Positions 34,719 through 43,752 of a stretch of DNA of 64,000 nucleotides are shown here, piece by piece. The DNA is from Nitrospinales bacterium (GTDB lineage Bacteria; Nitrospinota; Nitrospinia; Nitrospinales; VA-1). Under the pieces are notes generated by a model that was not told where the DNA came from, did not search any database, and saw nothing but the letters and a program-made list of their open reading frames with translations. The DNA is taken from the NCBI GenBank assembly GCA_965262115.1, contig OZ253496.1:960001-1024000 (forward strand), in the 5' to 3' direction. Numbering within the stretch: the first letter of the stretch is position 1; each line of letters opens with the position of its first letter. A program made the translations under genes and the position numbers.

Positions 34719-35065
34719 TAGTCGTCCCTGAAAAACCTGGTTTTTCACGAGACAGAGTTAAGAGTAGCGGTATTTTTTATGCCGCAACCGTCTGAAAACG
34801 TGTTTTGAGCATTCGCCAAAAAAGAAACAATAAGAAAGCTCTGAGGAGCTTTCGGATATTGTGTCCTGCTCCGCACAGGATGTCTTTCGTTACACAAAAA
34901 ATCCAGACGCACCGAATACAATTCGCCTTGCGTATCTCGTGGTTTTGCCTGCATAAATCCTCCAGCTTTTGAGCGTTATTGCCACTTTCCCTGCAATTTT
35001 ACAACACTCAGAACCCTTCTTCACCCTTTATTTACAGGCTCTGGAGACTTTTTCAGGGGCGACTA
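34719..35065 (-). mobile_element. Internally deleted IS5-family element (non-autonomous, MITE-like)
   Basis: TIRs TAGTCGTCCCTGAAAAA (34719-34735) and TTTTTCAGGGGCGACTA (35049-35065), 16/17. Inside, transposase N-terminus MQAKPRDTQGELYSVRLDFLCNERHP is fused out of frame to C-terminus ILCGAGHNIRKLLR. Confidence 0.85.
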
Positions 35066-35333
35066 CTTAGCTTTAGACTCTACATTTAACAAACTTTGAC
35101 CTTTGTAGCATCATAGGCATGTCTTTACAAGCGATCCTGCTATTTTATATGCCTTTTATATTGGGGGGGCATCCCCTTTTAAAACAAGCTCTTTCTCCGG
35201 CATAAGCATGTCTCCTGTTTTATGATGTCAGTCCTGATTTTACAAGTAGGGATTATAAATCACCCCAGCCCCTCGTGATGTTTGACTCTGGCCTTCATGC
35301 CCGGCACGGGTAGGGTACTTTGAAGAGAGGCAT

Positions 35334-36671
35334 TTAGGAATATTCGATGTGCAGGCGGTAGATGAGGCCGGTGGGGTTGTCCCCGGTATCTTTGGCATCG
35401 GGCCGGGCATAGCTGATCAGCTCGAAGCTAATGGTGTTTTCCCCGTCCTGGACATACTGGTCGATGTCGATCAAAAACGGATCGGGGTATTCCGCCCCGC
35501 CATATTCCTGCTTGAGACTGACGCTGTTCACCGAGATATGGCAGGTATCGTCCGAGCGAAGCAGAATTTCAGCCCGGCGGATGACGTTGGGATTGTTGCT
35601 AGTAAGATCAAACTTGAAGCGGAATTTATGCTGGCTTCCAGTTTTGGATTCTTCCAGCGAAACGGTTTCGCGGACCCACACCCACTGACCTCCCTTGATA
35701 CCGCGCCAACCGTTTCCCATCTGGCAAACGGAAGCTTTTTCCCAAGTTTCCGATTCCGTATCGTAATATTCGGTCTCAATCCCACTGGCCAACACAAGTG
35801 TTTTGGTCTTGGCGGAAGTGGGGTCATCCGCTTCCATATCCACAGGATAACTTGCCTCCCACATAACTTCATTCATCTCTTTCCAATAATCGAACATGCC
35901 CTTCTTTTTTTTGATCACCAGCATACTCGGCCTCGGGGTGCTACGGCCCAGATAAGGCCCGATGTCGGCAACGATCACCCCCGAAGAACGCTCCGGATCG
36001 ATCGATATAAAAGAATGCGAAGGAATGAAGTCATAACTGTGGACGATCAGTTTTCCTTTATTTCCGGGCGGACTCTCCTGCTGAATTTCATTGTGGAGTT
36101 TCTGCAATAAAAGCAGGGAAGTTTTTATTTCATTCAAAAACGTGTGTTTGCCTCCACCCTGCCGGGTGATCAACTCCACCACCGGAGAGTTGGGGTCCAT
36201 GAGCAATAAGCGGATTTTAATTCCGCTTAATACTTTTTCCTTGATCAATTCGCGGCTTGCAGTCGAGATCGATAATAAGGAAGAACCGCCAATGAAAATT
36301 TCTTCTTTAACATTTTCGAATAACGCCTCAAAAGAGGTGGCCTGAGCAAGTTCGGAGCGGTTTTTGTAGATACCCTGAATGCCCAGGCGAACCGCATCGG
36401 GGTTGACGATTTCCTTCAACGCTTCCTTATATTCGTTGAAGGTCAGCTCCCTCAGAAAAACTTCATAACCCAACGAGATCACCCCGATCAGCGAAATCAA
36501 CAGCGAAAATTCCCGAACCGGATGAAACCAGATGCTTTGTTCGTCAAATAATTTGTCCGCACCGATATAGCCCACAGCACCTATCACGAATATTCCCACT
36601 GCCAGGAAAAGTATCCGGTCGCGCACCCATTGGCGAATATTCAACCCGCTGTTTTTTACGGCTTTAGTCAT
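35334..36671 (-). CDS. Hypothetical membrane protein: 2 TM + DUF5919/PLD-like domain + C-terminal beta-sandwich
   Basis: Two hydrophobic helices, EIFIGGSSL..IRLLLMDPNS, then GQWVW..RSDDT..VN..GENTISF..NPTGL; start ATG 36671 preferred because the upstream extension runs into repeats. Confidence 0.7.
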   Translation of the reverse strand: MTKAVKNSGLNIRQWVRDRILFLAVGIFVIGAVGYIGADKLFDEQSIWFHPVREFSLLISLIGVISLGYEVFLRELTFNEYKEALKEIVNPDAVRLGIQGIYKNRSELAQATSFEALFENVKEEIFIGGSSLLSISTASRELIKEKVLSGIKIRLLLMDPNSPVVELITRQGGGKHTFLNEIKTSLLLLQKLHNEIQQESPPGNKGKLIVHSYDFIPSHSFISIDPERSSGVIVADIGPYLGRSTPRPSMLVIKKKKGMFDYWKEMNEVMWEASYPVDMEADDPTSAKTKTLVLASGIETEYYDTESETWEKASVCQMGNGWRGIKGGQWVWVRETVSLEESKTGSQHKFRFKFDLTSNNPNVIRRAEILLRSDDTCHISVNSVSLKQEYGGAEYPDPFLIDIDQYVQDGENTISFELISYARPDAKDTGDNPTGLIYRLHIEYS

Positions 36672-36744
36672 AACTTTAAATACTGACCGGGCCACGCCCG
36701 GTGGGAACAGGCTCCACGCCTTCGGCGGTCGCATTGGCAACACC

Positions 36745-37127
36745 ATCTCATTTACCCCTTCGGGGCACGAATGCTGAGGAAGAATGCCACGGTCACCGGC
36801 GGTCACGCCAGCTTACCCGCCTGAGAAAATTATTGTTCATTAGAGTCCAGCGTAACGCTGGCGTTGATATTACAGGATAAACGAGTGTTTCACAATTCCG
36901 TTTTCTTTACACTTTTACAACAATCGTGTTAGGGGGTGATTAGTCCGCACATTGTATGAGAGTTTCTAAATCACCCCAGCTACCCCATTCGGGGCATGAA
37001 GGCAAGGGAAGAGGATATAACTGGGGTTGGGGGGATTTGCTTTTTCTGTCTGAAAAAAAATGAAGAGATATCACGCGTGCCCCGCAGGGGTAAAAAGCTA
37101 TTGCAGTAGCCACCGGCCGCTGGCCGG
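36745..37127. repeat. Cluster of repeat-family hairpin caps and a partial core
   Basis: TACCCCTTCGGGGCACGAA (~36753), CCAGCGTAACGCTGG (~36847), TACCCCATTCGGGGCATGAA (~36981), GTGCCCCGCAGGGGTAAAAAGCTATTGC (~37077), CCGGCCGCTGGCCGG (~37113). Confidence 0.65.
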
Positions 37128-39425
37128 CTAGCTCAGGCCGGACTTTCGCCGCAGATACCAGTCCATCACCAAAAAGCCGACCACCAGGCTATAGGCCCAC
37201 CAGTTATCCCAAAGCGAAAAAGACCGGCTATGACTGTTTACCTGCACATCCGGGTTGGCAAATTTGTATGAACTGAGGTCATCACTGCCATTGAGGAGAT
37301 GGTACCTGCCATCGGTGATTTCGGAAATCTTTTTCAGCAGGGTTTCATTGACCAGAGGCTTTTCAAGTTCCGCTGTATCCTTTAATACAGAGAACATGAT
37401 TTCCTCCGTCAAAGATTCACCCTCCAAATCAGTCTGGATCCTGACGGTATAAAACCCTTCTCCGTCAGGAAGAAACGGAAAGAACCCTTCGCCATACTCA
37501 TCGGTTTTCAATTCCGTTTCCATGCCAGATTCTGTCCTGAGCGGTGTCAAGGTCAGTTGCGCCGTCACATCGACCGCTGGTTGGTAATTCTTTTGCAATA
37601 ACTTGAACTTTATCAGGACCTGTTCGCCTTCCCGGTACCGCTCTTTATCGGACTCCAATTGCAGACGCCGTGTTTCCGGTTCGGCGATCAGCCAGTCAAT
37701 GACATTATTCCAGAATCTTTGGAAATACCTTCCACTGCCCCCACTACCCACATTCCTGAAATTCCAGTTCCATACCGAATCGGTAGCCAGCAGAGCGGTT
37801 CGCCCACTGCCGAAATTTCCAGCAATCAAAATGGGAATTACGGATTCTTTTTCCTTGGCATACGAGGCCAGAACGTGCGCGTTCTTGTCCGGATGCAATC
37901 CCATGTTCATTCCCTGAAGCGGAGGAAGCGACTGCCATACCTCTTGATTAAGGGCCATATCCTTCTCCAGACGCAGAATGGGGTGCCGGGAAAATTCCTT
38001 GTTCAGGACAGGGTGAAACGGCTTGTCCACAAAGGGCCGAGAGTTATTCTTAAAACTCACCGGCAGGATTTCTTCAATCGGAGTCCGTGAATAGCCCCCG
38101 CCCTGGAATGAAAGTTCACCGCCAATCATCAAAAATGCGCCGCCGTTCTTGACGTATTTTCGGATATTACTCAAATACCTCTTGTCGATAAGCGGATCGT
38201 ATTTGAAGTTCTGAAAAATAATCAGGTCAAAAGAACTCAAATAATCGTCAAACAAAAGGTTGGAGGGAAAAGGGATCAAACTAAGCTCCGAAATCGAAGC
38301 CTCCACATCATCTCCCAGGTTCCTGAGAATAAAAAATGACAGCATATCCACCTTCGGGTTGTGAGCAAGAACCTCGCGTAGATACCGGGAGTCCCACGAC
38401 GGGCGGCCGTTGAGGTGCAGAACACGGATCCTGTCCCGCACCACATTTATCTCAAATTCTTTTTCATTGTTGGTATGAATGAACTCTCCCGCAAACTTGG
38501 GCAGGCTGAGGCTATAAATTCTTTTGCCCGCCTTTTGGGGCGTGAACTCCAACTCTACTTCAAACCGTTTCGTGTCTTCCCGCACTTCAATGATCTTTGA
38601 AACCAGGATATGGTCACCCTCTTTCAAAACCAGATGGATGTTGCGGTTACCCAGCGATGAGGAAAACACAGTGAGGGAGATTCTGAGAGGCTGTTGCACA
38701 AACCCGAAATCCGCTGCCGAGACCGCTTCGATAGCCAGGTCTTTAAAGCCTTCGTTGCTCCCGGCCTGCAGGGTGTGAATCGGGCTTCCCAAGGCCTTCA
38801 GTCGCCCCACCAGGTTTCTTGAAATTTCACCGGACTCCTGAGTTAAATCTGCACCGTCCGAGAACAGCAATACGCCTTGAAGCGATGGCCCCGGGTAACG
38901 CCCGGCCAACTCGTCGAACACCCGGGCCAGATCGGTAAAGGGTCGATACGGCCGGTAAAGGTTTTCAACTGCCCCTGCCCCCACCTTTTCTATATCATCA
39001 GAGAAAAAATAATAATCCACATTGAAATCTTTTCCCAGGTTTTCAAGATAAGAAGCGTTGGCCTTTAAAGCTTTTTTTACCAGATCAATCCTTGGAGACT
39101 CATCGGTTTTTATGGAAAGACTTTTACTGTTATCGAGCAGAACCGCTATGGAGTTTTTGAGGGGCTGGCTTTTGCGGAACTCCAGTTCAGGCTTTAACAC
39201 GATCAGCAGCAAAAGCGCGAACGCCGCCGACCTGAGCACGAAGAGAAGAAGTTTTCTCGACCGGGAGCCAACCCGATTCAAACTGGTCCAGAAAAACCAG
39301 AGCGCAACGGGAATCACAATGCCAAGGACGGCGAAGATCAACACCGGGTCTTCGGGCGACCAACGCAATTGCCATTGATTATAGACTTCAGGGTCGACCC
39401 CCAGTAATTTTGCCAGCCTGTTCAT
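37128..39425 (-). CDS. Membrane-anchored vWA + class I glutamine-amidotransferase-like protein
   Basis: N-terminal TMs, LLDNSKSL (MIDAS-like DxSxS), LFSDG, VKNGGAFLMIGG, GSGRT, C-terminal TM DWYLRRKSGL. Confidence 0.8.
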   Translation of the reverse strand: MNRLAKLLGVDPEVYNQWQLRWSPEDPVLIFAVLGIVIPVALWFFWTSLNRVGSRSRKLLLFVLRSAAFALLLLIVLKPELEFRKSQPLKNSIAVLLDNSKSLSIKTDESPRIDLVKKALKANASYLENLGKDFNVDYYFFSDDIEKVGAGAVENLYRPYRPFTDLARVFDELAGRYPGPSLQGVLLFSDGADLTQESGEISRNLVGRLKALGSPIHTLQAGSNEGFKDLAIEAVSAADFGFVQQPLRISLTVFSSSLGNRNIHLVLKEGDHILVSKIIEVREDTKRFEVELEFTPQKAGKRIYSLSLPKFAGEFIHTNNEKEFEINVVRDRIRVLHLNGRPSWDSRYLREVLAHNPKVDMLSFFILRNLGDDVEASISELSLIPFPSNLLFDDYLSSFDLIIFQNFKYDPLIDKRYLSNIRKYVKNGGAFLMIGGELSFQGGGYSRTPIEEILPVSFKNNSRPFVDKPFHPVLNKEFSRHPILRLEKDMALNQEVWQSLPPLQGMNMGLHPDKNAHVLASYAKEKESVIPILIAGNFGSGRTALLATDSVWNWNFRNVGSGGSGRYFQRFWNNVIDWLIAEPETRRLQLESDKERYREGEQVLIKFKLLQKNYQPAVDVTAQLTLTPLRTESGMETELKTDEYGEGFFPFLPDGEGFYTVRIQTDLEGESLTEEIMFSVLKDTAELEKPLVNETLLKKISEITDGRYHLLNGSDDLSSYKFANPDVQVNSHSRSFSLWDNWWAYSLVVGFLVMDWYLRRKSGLS

Positions 39426-40222
39426 TTGGGATTGTACCTGCGCAAACGTTCAAGAATAATGGGTAAATGCACCATGTCCTTTTTATAGTCCAGAGTCAGC
39501 GCATACATGATGATATTAATGCCCAGGCGGATGGCAAGTTGCCTTTGCCTGTACCCTCCCGCAATCACATCATAATTCCAATGGCCCAGCTTATTGCGTG
39601 ACCAGGCGCCTCCCTGATCGTTGGAACTGTAAATCAGGACGGTCCTCCCTTTAATAGATATTCCTTCCAGATAGGACTTGATGATGGATCGACCGGACAC
39701 GGTATTGAGCAAATAAAAAGAACGGAAAATGGAATGATCGCGTTGAATTCTTCTGAGCGGATTCTGCGGAAACAATGCCGATATCATTTTACGGACCGAA
39801 GTATCAAATGCAGAACCAGCCTGTGCAGAACTGTCATCAATAAAAAGAAACCCGCCATAGCTCAAATAATTCCGCAAAATTTTCAGGTCCTTTTCCGGGA
39901 ATGGATCGAACCCTTCATCGCCCCCCATATAGATGAATGGGTGGCGGAATAATTTGGGGTCGGAAACGTTCAACCCGACCGGCTCACGGTTGACTTCAAT
40001 GGATGTTCTGCGCGTGATCTGGGCAAGAAGGCTACGCAGGGCCTCCGGTCGGGGGTTGTCATTCCCTCCCTGATACATGATCCGGGGAAGAGTCAGGTTG
40101 GAGTAACCCGCCACAGCCGGGGAAATATTCTCTCCCCATGCGGCAAAAAACAGTACCAGTCCTAATATCGTTAAAAGTTTTCTCATCCATTTGAGTTTAA
40201 AACAGGTGGTACCGGGATACAA
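39422..40222 (-). CDS. DUF4159 family protein (start probably a later ATG, MRKLL)
   Basis: HPFIYMGG, LRNYLSYGGFLFIDD, HSIFRSFY, RLGINIIMYALT; overlaps the vWA/GATase gene by 4 nt. Confidence 0.8.
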   Translation of the reverse strand: MYPGTTCFKLKWMRKLLTILGLVLFFAAWGENISPAVAGYSNLTLPRIMYQGGNDNPRPEALRSLLAQITRRTSIEVNREPVGLNVSDPKLFRHPFIYMGGDEGFDPFPEKDLKILRNYLSYGGFLFIDDSSAQAGSAFDTSVRKMISALFPQNPLRRIQRDHSIFRSFYLLNTVSGRSIIKSYLEGISIKGRTVLIYSSNDQGGAWSRNKLGHWNYDVIAGGYRQRQLAIRLGINIIMYALTLDYKKDMVHLPIILERLRRYNPK

Positions 40223-40242
40223 GCAACCCCCCCCTTATCAGG

Positions 40243-40383
40243 GAGAGCTTTGCATAACCCCGAGAGAAAAACCAAAACCTGGATTGCCGCGTCGGCTAAA
40301 GCCTCCTCGCAAAGACGGCAACCCTAAATCCCCCAGGCCTGTGCAAGGCGAGGTTCTTCGTTTGTTCAATACGCAAAGGTCTC
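40243..40383. mobile_element. Possible 141-bp MITE with GAGACCTTTGCA-type ends, embedded in REP-like sequence
   Basis: GAGAGCTTTGCATAA (40243-40257) vs reverse complement of 40369-40383, GAGACCTTTGCGTAT (12/15); a lone end GAGACCTTTGCATAA lies at 31805. Confidence 0.45.
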
Positions 40384-40548
40384 CTTAATCAGGGAGACTT
40401 TAAATTCCCCTCCAGATAAGGAAAGGAGGGGTTGGGGAGGTTATTAGAAAAACCTTTGCCCTTTCATGAATAATTCGTTTTGCAGGTCAGAGCCCACTAG
40501 GATAAACTTGGATCGCATTTGATTGCCAACCTTTAGCAAATAAAACTT

Positions 40549-41628
40549 ATGCCACGAACTGTTTTGCTCAACCCCGGCCCGGTCAATGTGACCGATCGGG
40601 TCCGGCAGGCCTTAATGCTCCCCGATCTCTGCCACCGGGAGAAGGAATTTTCGGATATTATGGCAGCAATCCGCGTAAAATTACTCAAGGCTTTTGATAT
40701 CGAAGAGGACTATACATCCGTACTGGTTTCCGGGTCGGGAACAGCGGCGCTGGAGATGGCTGTCTCTTCCTCCCTGAGTCCGGGCCGGTCGATGCTGGTC
40801 ATCCAAAACGGGGTCTATGGCGAGCGCATCGGAAAAATCTGCGACGTTTATCAGTTCAACCGCCGCACCCTCGAGTTGAACTGGGGAGAACCGCCCCGTC
40901 TGGAGGACATTGAAAACGAGTTAAAACAAAATCCCGATATAGAAGTGGTGGCCCTGGTGCATCATGAAACGACAACCGGACTTCTCAATCCCTTAAAAGA
41001 AGTGGGTGAGCTGGCCCGGCGTTATGAAAAGATCTTTTTGGTGGACTGCATCAGCAGTCTGGCGGGAGATGAAATCGATTTCAAGTCCATTGATATTGCC
41101 GCAGGGACCGCCAACAAATGCATTCAGGGTTTTCCCGGAGTGGCATTTGTCCTGTTTCGGGAGAAAGAGTTGGACCGCTTGCGCAAAATTCCCGAGCGGA
41201 CGCTCTACTTCAACCTGACCGGTTACCACAAAGCCCAAGAGGCAGGCGACATGTTGTTCACTCCCGCGATCCCGGCCCATTACGCGCTGGATGTAGCGCT
41301 TGATGAACTGATTGAAGAAACCGTTGTCCGTCGGGTTGAGCGCTATGCCGAGGCAGCACGTTTTCTACGCGCCGGCTTTAAAGACATCGGCCTGGAATTT
41401 TTAATTCCTGAAGGGTGGCAAAGCAATTGCCTGACCGGACTTCGCCTGCCAAAAGGAGTGAGCTATGAAAAACTCCATGGAGAGTTGAAGGCCAGCGGTT
41501 TCGTCATCTATGCCGGGCAAGGCAATCTCAGTGATAATATTTTCCGCATCGCCAATATGGGAGATATCACCCAGGAAGAGTTTAAACGGTTCCTGCAGGT
41601 CCTGAAGAAAACGCTAACGACCTATTGA
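40549..41628 (+). CDS. Class V PLP aminotransferase, 2-aminoethylphosphonate aminotransferase (PhnW/AEP-transaminase)-like
   Basis: LLNPGP, GSGTAALE, NGVYGER, VHHETTTGLLNP, ANKCIQGFPG, VIYAGQG, FRIANMG. Confidence 0.85.
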   Translation: MPRTVLLNPGPVNVTDRVRQALMLPDLCHREKEFSDIMAAIRVKLLKAFDIEEDYTSVLVSGSGTAALEMAVSSSLSPGRSMLVIQNGVYGERIGKICDVYQFNRRTLELNWGEPPRLEDIENELKQNPDIEVVALVHHETTTGLLNPLKEVGELARRYEKIFLVDCISSLAGDEIDFKSIDIAAGTANKCIQGFPGVAFVLFREKELDRLRKIPERTLYFNLTGYHKAQEAGDMLFTPAIPAHYALDVALDELIEETVVRRVERYAEAARFLRAGFKDIGLEFLIPEGWQSNCLTGLRLPKGVSYEKLHGELKASGFVIYAGQGNLSDNIFRIANMGDITQEEFKRFLQVLKKTLTTY

Positions 41629-41683
41629 ATCAGGCTTCGAGCCCAAAAAAGCAGGTTTGAACATTTTTTGTCTACCAACCCCT

Positions 41684-41821
41684 CTAAAGGAAAACAAACA
41701 TAAGGAACAACAGAACCGCCATGCAAACCACAAAAATGACTCGTTGCCAGCTTGACAGGTGAGTGTCCTCTGGCCCTCAGCGCCCAGAAACTCCATGATG
41801 TGTGGCAAAATATATAGTCAT
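41684..41821 (-). pseudogene. Small single-TM protein with internal TGA
   Basis: AGGAGG 5 nt before ATG 41821; reads MTIYFATHHGVSGR*GPEDTHLSSWQRVIFVVCMAVLLFLMFVFL*. Confidence 0.5.
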
Positions 41822-41996
41822 GACAACCTCCTGATAGATAAAAGAAACCACACCCTCCCTATCTATATAGGTCGTTTGACTCGTGCAAATATTCCTGAAA
41901 ACCAGCTTTAATTAATGGAAAAAATTTATTGCGGCCCTATATTAATTATCAGGACAGAGGTTGATTTCACCTCATAACGAAGAGGGGGTGAGGAGG

Positions 41997-42206
41997 ATGT
42001 TTTACCCGGTCACTATTTATAATGCTGAAGGAAAAATTAAAAAGGTACTTTCAACGAAAATTTTACATGAAAGGCATTGGAGGCGATTCCACGAGACCCA
42101 AAGACTTTCGTCCATCACCAATAGCAGAAAATCCGAAAGGCCCAAGGGTTTGAAGGAGGAACTGGACCCGAAGTTTTCAGAAATTCCGGTTCGCCATCGT
42201 CATTAA
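41997..42206 (+). CDS. Small basic hypothetical protein
   Basis: GAGGAGG immediately before ATG (MFYPVTIYNAEGKIKK..); AT-rich upstream region. Confidence 0.6.
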   Translation: MFYPVTIYNAEGKIKKVLSTKILHERHWRRFHETQRLSSITNSRKSERPKGLKEELDPKFSEIPVRHRH

Positions 42207-42239
42207 CCAGTGAGTGCTCTCAGGTACTTATTTAGGAGA

Positions 42240-43475
42240 TCAAGCTTCTGACACATCCATCCATTTAAAATTCTGGACGGGCAATATGGGGTAAACCGTA
42301 AAAAGTGGCGTGTTGTAGGGGACAACAGCCGTTTCGGTTCCGGGACTGAGGGTCAGATGAATGTTGACAAAATTGAAGCTCATCCCTTCCTGCCAGGGTA
42401 GAGAAGTATTTTCAACATAGGCGGGGACCTTATCCGCAGCGTGGCTCCGAACCATCAGGCCGGAACCTCCTTCAAGCCCATACTCATAAAGGTCGGGCGC
42501 GCCCTGAATGAGGATCGACGCCTGACTGGCATCGAACCAGATTTTAAAGTTTGAAACCACCTGCACGTAAGGCCCTAAAGTTCCAGTGCGTTCCAGGACC
42601 GCCCGAGGGTAGGCATATTCTGCCGGAACTTCCGGAGTGGCTGGGTAAGCGGGAGCGCGAAATTCTTTTTCCTTGATCCTGGAAACCGACAGAAATATCA
42701 GGTTCGGATCATCCATAGGAATATCCAAAATCTCGCCGTCCTGAAAACTGCATATCTTTCCCATTTCAAACCCCAAAGGAAACGAGTAACCCATTTTGCA
42801 ATAATAGGCTCGCATCCCCGCATCCAACGGGTCATCGGGTTTTTTACTGATCTTGATATCGAAGGGCATCATCAGGTGAAAAGCATTGGTACGCGCATTC
42901 ATGAACGGACCGCATGCCCCCGGATGTTCGCGGTGCACTTTGGGGTTGTCCGGCTCGAACTTTCTCGGTCCGCCGCCAAAATGTTGCGCGGTTTTCTCCT
43001 CCTTACTCAAGCCGAACTTGTCCTGATAATAGGCAGAAGCCCGTTTCTGGGCAATATCTAAAAAATAGTCCGGAGCTTCGGTCTGTACCACCAGGCGCTG
43101 CTTTTCCCGTGCATCCGTTTTGGTGGGCCGCATCGCTTCATTATATACACCGATCTCGGCGGTGGTCTTTTTAATGTCCTGTTCGATCTGTCGGGTCAGT
43201 TGCGGATTTTTGTAGGTGGTTTTATCGACCAATTCCCGCGCCCGGTTGAGCATTTCCAGTTTCAGGGTGTAGCGTTTCGGCTCTTTGGCCAGAGCCTGGA
43301 CTGTGGCCATGACAAGGCTGAACTGTTCCTCCGGTAAAAAACCGACTGCGTCGAAATCCGTTTCCCGGATGAAATCGAGCGCCATGGGACCAAACGCCTC
43401 TTCCTGTCGAAGCCCCAGAGTGAGCAGATAATTGAGGTAAGCCCGTGCCTCGTTAAGATCCACAAAATTCTCCAA
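42240..43475 (-). CDS. Hypothetical protein (411 aa), helical N-terminus and possible DUF6065/dUTPase-like C-terminal domain
   Basis: Long ORF with genome-typical codon style; ACGPFMNA..LMMPFDI and VPYNTPLFTVYPI motifs. Confidence 0.7.
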   Translation of the reverse strand: MENFVDLNEARAYLNYLLTLGLRQEEAFGPMALDFIRETDFDAVGFLPEEQFSLVMATVQALAKEPKRYTLKLEMLNRARELVDKTTYKNPQLTRQIEQDIKKTTAEIGVYNEAMRPTKTDAREKQRLVVQTEAPDYFLDIAQKRASAYYQDKFGLSKEEKTAQHFGGGPRKFEPDNPKVHREHPGACGPFMNARTNAFHLMMPFDIKISKKPDDPLDAGMRAYYCKMGYSFPLGFEMGKICSFQDGEILDIPMDDPNLIFLSVSRIKEKEFRAPAYPATPEVPAEYAYPRAVLERTGTLGPYVQVVSNFKIWFDASQASILIQGAPDLYEYGLEGGSGLMVRSHAADKVPAYVENTSLPWQEGMSFNFVNIHLTLSPGTETAVVPYNTPLFTVYPILPVQNFKWMDVSEA

Positions 43476-43752
43476 AACAGGATTTAAAAAGGCTTATCTT
43501 GACGGGAAATGCCCCGATTCGCAAGTGCTTTTGTGAGGGAAGCCGGGCAGACATATTTTATCCCCATTTCCTATGTTTAATCAGAGTTGCAAAAAGCACA
43601 GAAATGCTATAAAACACCCAATTTATGTGGTTATGCAAGATTTCGGCGATTTTAACAATATTATCTGTTGCTTTCGAATAGTACTGCTGGATTGACCAAC
43701 ATTTATTGATTTAACATGGGGTTTTTATTGCTCCAAATGGTGACAGGAACCC

